IMG/VR virus record: IMGVR_UViG_3300018878_000142
Source: an uncultured virus (IMG/VR IMGVR_UViG_3300018878_000142)
Taxonomy: Duplodnaviria; Heunggongvirae; Uroviricota; Caudoviricetes
Length of the DNA stretch: 64,000 nt
Direction: 5' to 3' (one strand)
Under the pieces are notes generated by a model. The model ran no database searches. It worked only from the letters and a program-made list of their open reading frames with translations, and was not told where the DNA came from. Shown in pieces: positions 47,233 to 60,160 of this stretch; within the stretch, counting starts at the first letter, position 1, and each line of letters starts with the position of its first letter. The position numbers and the translations under genes were made by a program.

Positions 47233-47895
47233 ATGCATTTAACAGACGCTTTGCAAGATGAAATGTTTATACAAAATTTAGATAATCAGAACTTCGAAGC
47301 ATGTTATGAAACGCTAGAAGAAACTGAAAGGTATTAGCTAGCTTTATTTTTAGCAGAAGAAGGTCTAGATCCATTAAAAGATCTAGACTATATTCCTGAT
47401 GTTTTATTTTCACATTTATCTTTCGAAACTTTTAATATTCCAGATAGAATTAAAAAGATAGGTAAGCATTCTTTTTCACATAATGATGACCTTGAGTATA
47501 TAACCTTACCAGATAATATTGAGCTTATAAAATCTTATGCTTTTTATAATTGCAAAAATCTAAAAGAAATAAATATACCTCAAAAAGTTAAAAAAATAAG
47601 TTTCTTCTGTTTTGGTGATTGCGAGAGTTTAGAAGAACTAACTTTACCCGAAGGTATTAAAACCATTGAGCCATGGGCTTTTTCATCTTGCTTAAATCTT
47701 AAAAAGATCTATCTACCAAAATCTTTAGAGCAAATAGAGGCAGCTGCTTTTAATGGTTGTAAAAACTTGAAAGATATTTTTTATGCTGGAACGATAGAAG
47801 AATGGAAGCGAGTATTTAAGGGTAAATCTATTTTTAGAGATGTACCAACTAGACTGGCTAAATGCTCTGATGGTAAAGGTTTGTTGAGGTAGTAA
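47233..47895 (+). CDS. shared-N-module protein with BspA-type LRR (TAG-recoded)
   Basis: IPDRIKKIGKHSF, LPDNIELIKSYAFYNCKNLKEINIP, LPEGIKTIEPWAFSSC; YAGTIEEW cap. Confidence 0.85.
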
Positions 47896-47899
47896 TATA

Positions 47900-48556
47900 A
47901 TGCATGAAAATATATAGAAAAAATTAAATTGGTATCTAGATAATGAAACTTTTTGTGACCTTCTAGATAAGCATAATGTGGTAGATTTATTTGCGGGAGT
48001 TGATGAATTCGATATTCCATGGCTTATAGATATACTAAAAGAAGAAGGTGTACAAGTACCACAAACATATTTAAATATGTATGATTTATCTAGATCACAA
48101 TGTCCTGTTTTTTCTAAAGTAAATATACTAAATCAAGAAGAATTAGGTTTTAATCTAGAATTACATCTAACGCCTGATTCTCTTTTTATTATAAAACTAA
48201 TTAATTTAATCTATTATAAAAATCATTCTGGATTGTTTAATAACATAGATAATCTAGAAACTTTTGGGGATGTTTTACTTTTAAATGATTTTAATATAGA
48301 ATATGCTAGTATCTGTATTATTTTAGATAAGCCCTTAGATCCAACTAATATAACAGGATATAACTTACCAAAAGTGCGGATAGTTATAGATGGTTTAGAT
48401 ACTATTCTAAGTTTTGAAATTTATGATAGATCTTTTTATGATGCAACTAGTGATTTTGAATTTGATGAAACTGGTTATAGTTATAAAGTAAACATAAATA
48501 AGTTTATACAATCCCTTAATGAAGCATTCGAGTTTATAAACTCTATGAGTATATAA
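47900..48556 (+). CDS. shared-N-module protein (TAG at codon 6)
   Basis: MHENI[TAG]KKLNWYLDN aligns with ENIQLRLNKYLEN of the next gene. Confidence 0.8.
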
Positions 48557-48566
48557 GGATTAATAT

Positions 48567-49208
48567 ATGTTTAATATAAATAATGAAAATATACAATTGA
48601 GATTAAATAAATATCTAGAAAACGAAGAGTGGGTAAATGCTTTAGATTCTTTTGATCTCGAAAAAGTATTTAAGTTATCTAGTGTAGTAGATTATATCTG
48701 GTTATGTCATCTCTTAGAGGAAGAAAACTTAGAAATACCTCATATTTATAATAGATTTAAAGATATTAAAATACAGCATGTAGATAAAAACTCTTTCAAA
48801 TTATATCAAGACGTAAGCTCTAGAGAAGATGGGCCTATGTTTGAGTATGAAGTTAATTTAAAATCAAAAGCAGAAACATTAAAACTTTTACATCTAGTAT
48901 ATTTTACTGATTTATTAGATGATTATATCTATTGCTGTGATTTAGATTTAGAAACTGATATAGAAATACAAAATATAAATCAAGCATGGTTTGCTGTAGA
49001 TAGTTACACAATAGACATTGATAGATTTAATGATTTAAATGCTTATAGTAATATAAAATTACATTGCTTAATAAAAAATTATATGACTACTATAATTATT
49101 CCAGATAATAAATCTTTCTATAAACATAAAGGGTCTTATTATACAGTAGATAAAGAAGCTCTCATAGATGCAATTAATAATTTTATCGATGAGTTAAATA
49201 GGTGGTAA
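48567..49208 (+). CDS. shared-N-module protein
   Basis: ALDSFDL...LLEEENLEIP. Confidence 0.8.
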   Translation: MFNINNENIQLRLNKYLENEEWVNALDSFDLEKVFKLSSVVDYIWLCHLLEEENLEIPHIYNRFKDIKIQHVDKNSFKLYQDVSSREDGPMFEYEVNLKSKAETLKLLHLVYFTDLLDDYIYCCDLDLETDIEIQNINQAWFAVDSYTIDIDRFNDLNAYSNIKLHCLIKNYMTTIIIPDNKSFYKHKGSYYTVDKEALIDAINNFIDELNRW

Positions 49209-49210
49209 TT

Positions 49211-49825
49211 ATGGATATGACTATTGAAGAATTATTACTCAGTGAAGATGGAATTAAAGCTATAGACGAGGAAAACTTTATAAAAGCTTATGACTTGCTT
49301 GAAGAATTTGAAAGACCTAAACTCACCAAGTTATTTTATAGTGAAAATATTGATCCATTAAATTATATGTGTCTTATTCCTAAACGTTATATGGATAAAA
49401 GTTTCAATAAAAGATTGATACGTATTCCAGAAAATATAGTTTTAATAAGCCAGGAAGCATTTATAGGATGTGATAACATTTGTCAAATAGATTTTTCAGA
49501 AAGAATAACTCGGATAGGTATGTTAGCTTTTTCTGATTGTACTAACTTAAAAGAATTAACTTTTCCTAGAAGTCTTGAAGTATTAGATCAATGGGCCTTT
49601 ACTGGTTGTAAAAATCTAAGAGAAATTCATTTCGAGAAAGATTATTTACGTTATATAAGTAATTATGTATTTGGTGAGTGCTCTCAGTTAGAAATAATAA
49701 CATATACTGGAACTATTGATGAGTGGCGAAAAATAGATATAGCAGGTGACGCTTTTAAGGGTGCTAGGACAAAAAATGTGCGATGCGCAGATGGCATATT
49801 TTCTATTTATGAGGATGAGGACTGA
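49211..49825 (+). CDS. shared-N-module protein with BspA-type LRR
   Basis: IPENIVLISQEAFIGC, RIGMLAFSDCTNLKEL, YTGTIDEW. Confidence 0.85.
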   Translation: MDMTIEELLLSEDGIKAIDEENFIKAYDLLEEFERPKLTKLFYSENIDPLNYMCLIPKRYMDKSFNKRLIRIPENIVLISQEAFIGCDNICQIDFSERITRIGMLAFSDCTNLKELTFPRSLEVLDQWAFTGCKNLREIHFEKDYLRYISNYVFGECSQLEIITYTGTIDEWRKIDIAGDAFKGARTKNVRCADGIFSIYEDED

Positions 49826-50499
49826 TGAGTCAAAATACAAATAAAAAAACTGTAGAGCTTCTAAATAAATGGTTAGCTAAACCAGATATAATAGCGTTAA
49901 TAGATGCAGGAAATATAAAAGAAGCGATATTAAAAACATTATAGCTTCCAGCATTTGATATTAATGCTATTAGAGCTTTATTAGGATTATTTTTAGCAGA
50001 AGGCTATACCTTAGTAGACTTAATTGCAAGACCTTCTGTAAATATACCTTTAGTAGAAACAGCAGACGTACAGCTAGAGAATAATGGAGAATATAAAGCA
50101 TTAAGTGTTAGATATGCAGCTGATGTAATGAGTGATCCAGAATTAAATTTATTTTTAACACTGCTTCATGGAATAAAATATACTGATTGCAAATTGCATT
50201 TTTGGATTTATGCTCCAGATGATTCTAGAATTTATCCAGAAGCATTTCTTTATTGTGATTCATTATTTGTGACAAGAAATTATGCTATAAAAGATATAAC
50301 TGATGAGATATCTGATTATATAATCACATATCCAGATAATACTTACTCCGAGGATGAATCAGTTACTGTATATGATATAGATGGAAGAGAAGACACTGCT
50401 CATGATATTTTAGAGCAACAACTTAACATACATATATCAGAAGCGTGGCACGAAATTTTTGAAAAGAATAACTATAGAGATTTAGGAATAGTTTTATGA
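49825..50499 (+). CDS. shared-N-module protein (1 TAG)
   Basis: ATG 49825 in frame with ORF 50128; LIDAGNI...FLAEG. Confidence 0.75.
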
Positions 50500-51008
50500 G
50501 CACATATTTAACTACTTATGAGGAATATCAATTTCAACATGTTTTGTTAGATAATTATCCAGAATTATTTGACACATATCAGTTTGAAAAAATATATGAG
50601 TTAGCTACAGAAAAAGGTTTAGGTCAAGACCTTATAGCTAAAATTTATCCTCTCATGTTAGATTTCGGAGTAAATGTTTTAGATCATATTAAAAATGTTC
50701 CTGAACATTTTGGTTATAATTCGGATATTAAAGAAATAAGATTTCCAAACAATGTAGAAAAAATCTTGCCTTATGCTTTTATGGGTGCTGACTTAGAAAA
50801 AATTATAATAGAAAATCCAAATATTAAAATAGACGATGATGGATTTAAATGGTGTGAGAAAATAAAAGAAGTTATTTATAGTGGTACATGTAAGCAATTT
50901 CATGACAACAGATTAAGTGCTGCTTTCACGCAGTGGACAAATGAGAATTTACTTATTAAATGTACAAATGATAATATAATTTTTAACTTAAAAGGATCTA
51001 AAAGATGA
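50496..51008 (+). CDS. shared-N-module protein with short BspA-type LRR
   Basis: FPNNVEKILPYAF, IDDDGFKWCEKIKEVIYSGT. Confidence 0.8.
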   Translation: MSTYLTTYEEYQFQHVLLDNYPELFDTYQFEKIYELATEKGLGQDLIAKIYPLMLDFGVNVLDHIKNVPEHFGYNSDIKEIRFPNNVEKILPYAFMGADLEKIIIENPNIKIDDDGFKWCEKIKEVIYSGTCKQFHDNRLSAAFTQWTNENLLIKCTNDNIIFNLKGSKR

Positions 51009-51613
51009 GAGCTGATGTAAGCGAAAAACTTAATAAAATGCTAGAAGATTCTGATTGCACAGGTTTTTTAGATTCTGGTGAAATATTAAAAGCTTTAGAG
51101 CGAGCTATAAGTAAACAATATTTTGAGCTAGAAGACTTATATGATATAGTCAGAGAATTAGTTTTATGTGATGTTCCATTAAAAGATATTTTTGGTGAAC
51201 CTAAAACAGAATTAACATTAAGAGTTAATTTTGATGCTGATGATCAACACGGTGTTGCTGGTCATGCTGTATATTGTTTCGATCCAATGCCATGCAATAA
51301 AGAAACTTATATCTTATTAGCTTATATGTTTGGTTATGCGTCTATCTACACTAGTAAATTATTTGTTTTAGATTTACCATCAAATGGAATAACTTCTGGT
51401 AGGTTTAAAATTTTTGAAGATGATAACTTACTAGATCAATTTCTAGTAGATAAACAAAAATTTTCAGTTGTTTTAGCTGGTGGAACAGACCTTGATCCAG
51501 TTTATGAACTAGATGGAAAAGTTTCAAAAGCTAAAACATTAGTATTAGATACTCTTGATTCTGCTATAAAAGAGTTTTACGAAGATCATGTAGAGACTAA
51601 TAGGTGTATATAA
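51005..51613 (+). CDS. shared-N-module protein
   Basis: LNKMLE...FLDSGEI. Confidence 0.7.
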   Translation: MRADVSEKLNKMLEDSDCTGFLDSGEILKALERAISKQYFELEDLYDIVRELVLCDVPLKDIFGEPKTELTLRVNFDADDQHGVAGHAVYCFDPMPCNKETYILLAYMFGYASIYTSKLFVLDLPSNGITSGRFKIFEDDNLLDQFLVDKQKFSVVLAGGTDLDPVYELDGKVSKAKTLVLDTLDSAIKEFYEDHVETNRCI

Positions 51614-51628
51614 GAAAGGAAAGATAGT

Positions 51629-52066
51629 ATGGCTATAACTAAAGAATAGTTAGAAGAATATTTATATGAGATTTCTGATGATTTAGATGAAGGAAACTTA
51701 GATAAAATTTATTAGCGTAATGATCCTAGAAATGAGTGGTTAACTGATGAGCTATATTATATGGGAATAGACCCACTAGATGGGTTACCCTGGGTTTTAA
51801 ATCACATAGCTGAAATGGAGTTAGCTATATAGCCAGAAGAAAGCACTTCTTATAATGGAGCTACTCTAGATTGGCTTATAGAAGGTTTTGGCAGCTCAGC
51901 TTATAGATATTTATATTTGTATCAATTTAAGCATAACCCAGTATTTAAATGTGAAAGATTAGAGAAGAGATATAGTTGGTGTCAAGATAATGATAATGAT
52001 TACTATATATGTCTTGCACAACATTGGGATATAGATAAATTTAAAGAGATAGTAGATGGTAAATAA
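51629..52066 (+). CDS. shared-N-module protein (3 TAG), paralog of next gene
   Basis: LDEGNL...GIDPL; C-terminal WLIEG..YLY..LEKRYSW..YIC..WDIDKF. Confidence 0.8.
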
Positions 52067-52077
52067 GGAAATATATT

Positions 52078-52536
52078 ATGTTAACATTATCAGAAATAAT
52101 AGATAAATTTGCTGAGTAGATTGATAATGATCAATTTGAAGAGATTTTAAAAAGCAGTGATTTAGAACTAGTAGATAAAATTGACTTCGTTGATTTCTTA
52201 TACGAAGAATTAAAAAGTCTAGGTAAAAGTTTATACTCTTATTTTCCTAATTTTGATAGAGAAATAAATGCTATGAGTAATCAGCTACAAACCTTAGCTA
52301 CAGGTGCTAGTTATTGGGGTGAAAGATTGTGGTGGCTAATAGAAGGTGAGGGACAGGCTCATAGAGCAGCTTTATATCTACATTACTATCAAAATGATTC
52401 ATACTATTTGGTAGAGAATCTAGAGGAAAAATATGCGTGGTATGGCTCAGGTGATGATTGGTATATTTGCAGAGCTGATAGATGGGATATAAATAGATTT
52501 TATAGGGCTATGGATGCTTGCTTAGCCGAGGAATAA
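52078..52536 (+). CDS. shared-N-module protein (1 TAG)
   Basis: IDKFAE[TAG]IDNDQF; C-terminal WLIEG..LYL..LEEKYAW..YIC..WDINRF. Confidence 0.8.
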
Positions 52537-52538
52537 AG

Positions 52539-52940
52539 ATGAAATTTCGATTAGTAGAAGATATAGTAACAGAATCAGATTTAACTGATAAAAATTTAAT
52601 AAAAGAATTGCAAGATAAATTTGGATCAGATTTCGATAGCAAACCTTTATGCAAAGAAGTTACAGAATATATCTCTACTAAATTTGGTGTAAAAGGTTTA
52701 TATTATACTGTACTAGTCCTATCAAAAGAAGATGGATTAATATCAGCAAATGGCCACTGTGTAATTTATCATAATAATAGACTTTATGACTACACATCAA
52801 ATCAATATTGCAATTATTCTGGAATAGAAAAATCAGAATGTCCCAGAATATTGTATTTCGATAAAGAAATATCAGATAAGCTAGGTATGAAATCATACTC
52901 AAGCGGTAATTATATAGTTTGTGTATCGGAGCATGTATGA
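52539..52940 (+). CDS. hypothetical protein, possible Cys-His-Asp papain/transglutaminase-like fold
   Basis: LCKEV...GHCVI...LYDYTSNQY; MKFRLVE leader. Confidence 0.45.
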   Translation: MKFRLVEDIVTESDLTDKNLIKELQDKFGSDFDSKPLCKEVTEYISTKFGVKGLYYTVLVLSKEDGLISANGHCVIYHNNRLYDYTSNQYCNYSGIEKSECPRILYFDKEISDKLGMKSYSSGNYIVCVSEHV

Positions 52941-53581
52941 CAGAATTAGATAAAGCTTTAGATGAGCTACTTTCAAATAATGATTTCTCAACAGCTGTAG
53001 ATAGCGGTGATTTAAATACTGTTTTAAAAATATTATTTAATTCTAGGACTTCTGGGATAGTTGAGCATTTTATAGATATTATAATTAATGAGGATTCTGA
53101 TTATTTTAATAGAAACTTACTTAATGATGCAACTAGATTATCACCAGATGATATAAGCAATAAATCTAACAGATACTCTGGATTAGATATTGATAATAAA
53201 AGATTCTCTGATAACTTAAAAATATTGCATGCTTTAAGATCAGTAATGATACCTGAAGGTAAAGCTGAAATAAACAGCGGTATGAAAGATACTGATTGCT
53301 ATGTATATTTTTATACTACTGTAAATATATAGTTAAGTAAGTTGCAACTTTCGGAAACTTATTTGAGAATACCCTTTGTGGGTGGAGCTTTAACTTATGG
53401 GTATATAATTCCAACAGAGAATTGTTATTCTAAAGTTGCATATGGTGTTTTTCAAAACTTACCTAAAGAAGATCAACATCAAATTGCTAGTTATTTATGT
53501 CAAAGTATAAATGCTTTCTATGATTTCGCTGTAGATACTGTAAGATCCTATTTAACTAGTAGAATTAAGGATAAGAAATGA
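52937..53581 (+). CDS. shared-N-module protein (1 TAG)
   Basis: AVDSGDL; ORFs 52919 and 53342 joined across TAG 53330. Confidence 0.75.
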
Positions 53582-54192
53582 TTGACTTAGAAGATTTTAT
53601 AATAAAGTATCATGCTCAAATAGATTCTGGTGATACAGAAACATTATGCGAATTAATAGAAGATAATTTATCTACTGATGATGCTGCTGAATTTATAAAT
53701 ATGCTTTTAGAAGAAGATTTTGATATAATAAAACACTTGAAAGACATTTATCCAGTATCAAAAATATTTAATGAGTTTGTATTTATAGAAGATTTTCAAG
53801 AAAGTATTTATAATGATTTTATTAAACCACTAAATATTCCAGAAGATAGAGATGCTAAAAAATTTGGAAGATATTTGCTTAAGAATTATGCTAGTACTGG
53901 ATTTGATATACATAATCCAAACAGCGTCAATGCTGGCGAATTAGTCGGTGATATTTGTGCATTACATATTGCACCATATTTATATGAAAACTCACTATTT
54001 GCATTATTATGTGTAGAAGATGAAAAAGCTCAATCATTCGAGTTATTAAAATATTTTCCAAATAACACTATGTTAACTTTTTATAGTAAAATCGGCTATG
54101 GTTGTGATCCAGATAATATAGATAAAGAATTTGAAACATTACAAAAATAGATGAACGAGTTTGTTTCAAAATATAATGCAGAGAGTAATTAA
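53578..54192 (+). CDS. shared-N-module protein (1 TAG)
   Basis: QIDSGDT...MLLEEDFDII; extends past TAG 54148 to TAA 54190. Confidence 0.75.
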
Positions 54193-54193
54193 T

Positions 54194-54799
54194 ATGAGAC
54201 TAACCGAATTTATAGATACTTATGCAGAGCTTATAGATTCTAAAAATACTTATGATCTTCTTTTTTATGCTAATATGAACTTAAGTGATGAAGATATAAG
54301 TAAACTCACTAGAGAGCTTGACATACTAGGATTAAATATGCTTGAACACCTCAAAAAAGATAATGATGAGGTAAGATTGTTTAGTGATGATTTTACTTTA
54401 AGGGATTTGCAAGAGTATCTAAATAAAAATTTTAAACTAGAAGTAGATATAAGAGATTATTCTAAATATAACTTAAATGATATGTTTGAGCTTCTAGAAA
54501 AATACCGAGATGATTTAGATATTACCATCTCACCTTCTAATTTAGAGCCATTTTAGTATATTGATCTATATTTAGATAAAATAATAATATCAGTGATTGT
54601 TACTGAAGATACACATTATATAAATGTGAGTTTTATAACAACCACAAATTTGTTTTATAAGATAAATCTAGATTTAGAGCATGATGCATTTTCATTAAAC
54701 AGCGCAGTTGGTTATACTTTAAATAGAAATACTCTAAAAGATACTCTAGCTAGCGTGGCTGATGCATTAAAAGATTTCTTTAACTCACATTTAGCTTAA
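54194..54799 (+). CDS. shared-N-module protein (1 TAG)
   Basis: FIDTYAELIDSKN; two tracked ORFs joined across TAG 54554. Confidence 0.75.
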
Positions 54800-54811
54800 T
54801 AAGGATTAATT

Positions 54812-55435
54812 ATGACTATAGAACAATTTATAGAAAAATATGAAAACCTTTTAGATAGTAAACCATTAGATACAAAGCATTTGTGTATTGCTATTTTAAG
54901 TGATTTAAGTGATGTCTATACATATGATTTCACTCAAATGCTTCTTGAGTCTAATGTTGATATTTTAAGTTGGTTAAAACCAGATTTCAAAGAAGTAAAA
55001 TGCTTTAATAGAGATTACTCAGTATTTAAATTTGATGATTATTTGATAGAAAATGCTTTTGTAACTTTAGATGAAGATTTTTATTCTAATTATAGTTTAT
55101 TTAGTGTAATAAATTTATTAGATGACGCTAAAGCAAGTTTAAATTTACGAAATAACAGATACACAATGCCTGTTAGATCTTTTACTAATGCAAAATTTAA
55201 GTCTGGGTGTATAGGTATATTTAGGGATGATTCTAATTCTCCACCCTGTACTATTGTATTGCGTTTATAGGCTGATGATCAAACAGTTTACGAGTTAGAG
55301 CAATCAATACCAACTAATGTTTTAAGATATCTTCCAGGAATTGGCTTTGGGCTAAACTTGCGTGAGCTAAGATAGTTACTCATTGATTTAAATGATAAGA
55401 TTACGCGCCTTATACAAACAAATTTAATAAGGTAA
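54812..55435 (+). CDS. shared-N-module protein (2 TAG)
   Basis: FIEKYENLLDS...MLLESNVDIL; extends to TAA 55433 just before a terminator. Confidence 0.75.
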
Positions 55436-55441
55436 AAATGT

Positions 55442-55478
55442 GGACATGAGAAATTAAAAATTTATCTCATGTCCTTTT
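55442..55478 (+). terminator. intrinsic terminator
   Basis: GGACATGAGA...TCTCATGTCC-TTTT. Confidence 0.8.
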
Positions 55479-55531
55479 ATTATGTAAAATGTGCGCTAAA
55501 TTATTTGTGCAATAAAATTTTGGAGAATATT

Positions 55532-56272
55532 ATGAAATTATTGAAAGAAGAATTTGAAATACATGAAACATTAAATAAAAAACTATTTGACGAAGATCAT
55601 ATTCTCCGCAAAGATGTAAGAAATACCTTAATGAAAATAGCTGACATGTTTGTAGGATCTATGCAAGAAGATCAAGTACCACTAAAAGTATATGATTATT
55701 GGTTGGTGGGTTCTAATGCAGCTTATAATTATACACCAACTTCAGATATAGATATACACATTATAGTTGATATGGATATGGGTGTCAATCCTTATATTCT
55801 TAGACTTCTTTATGATTATATCAAGAGCAGCTTTAATGATAAATATGATATTAAAGTAAAAGGCCACGAAGTAGAACTATACTTAGAAGATATAAATACT
55901 AGCGCAGTGACTAATGGTATATATTCTCTAAAACAAAATAAATGGATTAAAGTTCCTATTCAAGAAGAGCCTAAGAAAATAAATATAGAAGATTCTCAAT
56001 TATATAAAGATGCATACAAAAAATATCAAGAATTAAAAGATGATGAAATCGAAAAATTTATAGATGATATGTATGTTATGAGAAAAATAAGTTTAGCTAA
56101 TGATGGTGAGTTTGGCGAAGGTAATTTAGTTTTCAAAGAATTCAGAAATAAAGGCTATCTTGATGATTTAAAAGATAGAAAATACGCTTATAAGAGTAAA
56201 GAATTAACTTTAGAGAAATTAGCTATTTCTTCTGCTACGCTTGATGGTGAGGAGACATGTAATGGATTTTAA
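55532..56272 (+). CDS. Pol-beta superfamily nucleotidyltransferase
   Basis: GSNAAYNYTPTSDIDIH...VELY. Confidence 0.8.
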   Translation: MKLLKEEFEIHETLNKKLFDEDHILRKDVRNTLMKIADMFVGSMQEDQVPLKVYDYWLVGSNAAYNYTPTSDIDIHIIVDMDMGVNPYILRLLYDYIKSSFNDKYDIKVKGHEVELYLEDINTSAVTNGIYSLKQNKWIKVPIQEEPKKINIEDSQLYKDAYKKYQELKDDEIEKFIDDMYVMRKISLANDGEFGEGNLVFKEFRNKGYLDDLKDRKYAYKSKELTLEKLAISSATLDGEETCNGF

Positions 56273-56897
56273 TAAAATATTAAATGATTAGAAAGCTATT
56301 GATGCATTAGATCGAGAAAATTGGAGTATATTTTTTAATCAAATTAATTCTTTAGACTTATCGAGAGAAGATTTTTATGAAATACTTAAATTGATAGCAT
56401 CTGAAGCATCCGATCAACTTTGTAATTGGGTTAACAATCTTAAAATCACAGTAACTAATTAGGATATCACATTTATTAGATCACATTGGTCTTATGGAAT
56501 TGAAATTACAGATATAACTATTTCCCATAAACTTAAATGGTTAACTTTTTTACATTCGGTTATGTTTTCCAACACAAGGTTTGGAGGATGGGCGGATAAG
56601 GATACTCGGGAAAAAATTCAAGGATTCTTTGACAAGAAATCCTTAGGAGATCCTTGTTCTGGAAATGGAGAGTTTTAGTCTATTTATTTATATGTTGAAA
56701 TTCCTCTTGATAATTACTACAATCAAGTAGAATATTAGATACGGCTTTCAGAGCGGTATTACTTTAATGGATCATCTCTATGCGGAGTTCCTAAACATCT
56801 TTTAAGTGATGTTATTAATCAGATTAATAAAAAAGTAGATAATTTAATAACTAAATTAATTGAAAAAATAAATCAAATTAAATATGAAAATAATTGA
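56262..56897 (+). CDS. shared-N-module protein (4 TAG)
   Basis: ALDRENW; open only with TAG readthrough; fills the gap between flanking genes. Confidence 0.75.
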
Positions 56898-56909
56898 AGG
56901 TAATTAATC

Positions 56910-57449
56910 ATGACTCTCGAACAGGCATTTGAAAATGATGAATTTAATTTAGCTCTAGATACTCATGATTTTCCTAAAGCATTTTCTTTTTTGGGTTATA
57001 CGGATGCGGATGAAGAAAGAGAAAAGTTATTTTTACTAATTTAGGAAGAAGGTTTAAATCCTTTATCCGGATTTACTATAATTCCTAAGCAGTTTTTAAA
57101 AACATGTTCAAAAATAATTGAGATCGAAATACCGAATAGCGTAACATTAATAGATTCAAGGGCATTCTGGTGTTGTCGAAGCCTGACAAGTGTAGTTATC
57201 CCTGACGCTGTAATAGAGATAAGTGATCAAGCGTTCTCTGAGTGTAATAAGTTAGAAGATGTAGTAATCCCTGATAGTGTAAAAATTATAGGTAGTGGAG
57301 CGTTCAAAAGTTGCTATAGGTTAGAAAGCATTAAGTATAATGGAACTAGAGAGCAGTGGAGAAATATATCCCACAGAGGTTCTATGTTCGGATATTCTAG
57401 TGAAGGTTGGAGTAAAATAATCTGCACAGATGGGGTTATTGAATTATGA
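56910..57449 (+). CDS. shared-N-module protein with BspA-type LRR (1 TAG)
   Basis: EEGLNPL; IPNSVTLIDSRAFWCCRSLTSVVIPD, IPDSVKIIGSGAFKSC, YNGTREQW. Confidence 0.85.
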
Positions 57450-58132
57450 CATTAGAACAATTTATAGATAAATATTTTAATTATATAGATAACTTAAAAT
57501 TTAAAGACTTACATAAGCAGTTAGTAGACTCAGAAGATATTTTTAAGTTAGAAGATAATGTAATTGAAAATCTGAACAAACTATTAATAGAAGAAGTTGG
57601 AATTGGCTTATTGTACGAAGCAGAAGAAGACTCTAATTATGTTATTATAAAGAATCAATATTGCGAAGATTTATGTACACGAAATAACAGCCCGTTTGTT
57701 TATAAATATACAAACAGAATAGATAAGAGCAGAAGTACTTTAGCTTTGTTTAATGATCTAATTGATTCTGATATTCATACATTGTTCGATTATATTGTAG
57801 ATTCTGATAATGATAAAATTAATGTATCTGACGCTAGAAGCATATTAGGTGATTATTCCAAAACCAAATCTTTAGAATTATCTATGGATTACAGTGGTGG
57901 ATTATTTTAGATAGTCTTGAGTTTTCTTTTTACATATGACGATTATGGAAATTTTAATCCTAGTATAACAAATAACATCTGCTTTATTATTAATTTACCG
58001 CAAAGTTTCGGTTACAGTTTTAGTAAAAGTTACTACGACTCGGCTGAAAATACTTATGCTATAAATGATACAGCGATTGATACTTTAATAAAAGAGATAG
58101 ATAAAAGAGTTTTAGGAGCACTAAATAAATGA
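57446..58132 (+). CDS. shared-N-module protein (1 TAG)
   Basis: MTLEQFIDKY..YIDN; joined across TAG 57908. Confidence 0.75.
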
Positions 58133-58686
58133 AATTAGTAAATTGTTTTAATAATGATACATTTATTGCGAATTTAGACGCTCACAATATAGGTACATGC
58201 TTCTTCATAGTTGATATAGAAGATAGATATAAATTCTTTTCTCTTTTATTAGAAGATTCTGAAACTTCTGAAGAAGTTAAACAATGGCTTATCGATAATA
58301 TCCATGAAGCAGATATATCAATGTTAAATACTACCCCAGATTGGCAGCATGAGTATTCTATAATTGATAGGAAAGTTATTAAGACTGTAAATATATTAAT
58401 TTCACTTAATTATGCTTTATTGAAAAATTATAAAGAAGTTGCTGATTATAAAATAGTAGATGGCAAAGTTTTTGATACACCAATAGATAATATAACATTA
58501 TCGATAGATGATCTAAATGTACCAGATCGCTTAACTGCATGTCTTTTTGGAAAAGATTTTATATATTGTGAGTTTGCAGATGTGGTAACAATAGATATAC
58601 ATAATATGACAGATGATGATTTCTAGATAGAGTGTGTTAATTTTTTGAATACGTTTATTAAAGTTTTAGCTGCTGGATTATTTTAA
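58129..58686 (+). CDS. shared-N-module protein (1 TAG)
   Basis: FIANLDAHN...LLLED; extends to TAA 58684. Confidence 0.7.
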
Positions 58687-58700
58687 GGGTATGATGACAT

Positions 58701-59114
58701 ATGAAATTTAAACTAGTAGAAAAATTTACAATAGAAGCGTGGCAAATAAAAGATGATGTTGTGATAAAAGGGACACTTTTTAAAGCTAATATTGAGTTAA
58801 ATAATTAGCAATTCTTTTCATTCGATCAACCTGATGGAAAAGTTTATTGGATAAAAGGGTTAGATAATTGCTGCATAATATTTAAAGCTATCACACCTAC
58901 TATTAATCCTGGCTTTATACATCAAGAATTTGAAAGAGAAATCCAAAAATATAAACCTATAACAGAAGCTAGTTTTACAGCATATGTAGATGCTAGAGGT
59001 GAGTTTGCTATTGAATTAGATTCTATTTTACATAATAAAGAATTTAAGTCTTTTGCTAGAGACTTGAAATTAACTATAGAAGATTATTATATATAGCCGG
59101 ATGATGATTATTGA
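58701..59114 (+). CDS. hypothetical protein with MKFKLVE leader (2 TAG)
   Basis: Open with TAG=Q to TGA 59112. Confidence 0.7.
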
Positions 59115-59132
59115 TGCAAAAGGAAATTATAG

Positions 59133-60140
59133 ATGAAATTATTAGAAAAAATAGATTTAGATTCTTTAATAGATTAGAATATACATCTTATAGATACTGG
59201 TGATTTTGAAAAATTTTATGATATATGTAAAGCATAGCTTAAGCGAAAAGATTTAATTCTTCTTACAGATTTATTAGCAGAAGAAGGTATCGAATTACCA
59301 TATTCTATTACAGGGTTTTTGTATGGAGTAAAAACATCAAGTCATACTTTAGCTTTAAGAGCACTTATTAGTCCAACAATGTATAATGTAGGTTTCACAT
59401 CAAATCAAGGTATGAAAGGTGGACATCAGATTGGCTTTGAGTCAAGAAAAGCTGCTTAGAATTATATAGATAACAATTTTGGTTCTGCTAGAGTATCGAT
59501 AATTCTTCCAGAGACTGTTGCAGGTTATAATTGGAAATAGATAGAAATTCCAGGCAGCATAGCATTTGCAACAACATCAGCTATAAATTCTTTCGAACCA
59601 TATATGGATCCAGATCAAAAGAAAATAAGCAGATTAAAAAATAGATATACTAATGAAATAAATAAACTTGAAAAAGAAATCACAGCACCTGAGGAAACAG
59701 AAGATGTAAGAAATTTAACTGCTGATAAAAATACAGCTATCGCAGAAGAAATGTTAGAAAAATTAAGAAAATATGTTGAGAATACTCCGGAAGAATATTT
59801 TGTAGATCCAACCCCTGTGCGTCGTGAATTGTCTTTACTAGATGTTAAATATTTAATATCATATTGCATATCTGTCTTCCGTGATGATATACGCATTAGT
59901 TTATATATAGAATTTAATTCTGATAAATTTGCTAAAAAATTCGAGTCAGGACTTAAAAAAGTCTTTCTAGATAGCATTTATTCGATTGAGTTTAGACGAG
60001 AGTTTGTAAATGCTAACAAATACTGGATAAGAATATCAACCCCATACCTTATAGACTCGACATCACCAGAAGCGCTTGCTATAATAGATAAGAAAACTAA
60101 AAAAGTAGAGTTGCTAAAACAAAAATTAGCAGCTATATAA
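59133..60140 (+). CDS. shared-N-module protein (4 TAG)
   Basis: LIDTGDFEKFY...LLAEEGIELP; in frame with ORF 59604. Confidence 0.75.
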
Positions 60141-60160
60141 TATGAGAAGGAAAAATAACA

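Noticed and set aside
3406..59977. Minus-strand ORFs in the track
   Set aside because: Nearly all are antisense shadows of well-supported + strand genes, without RBS or recognisable motifs
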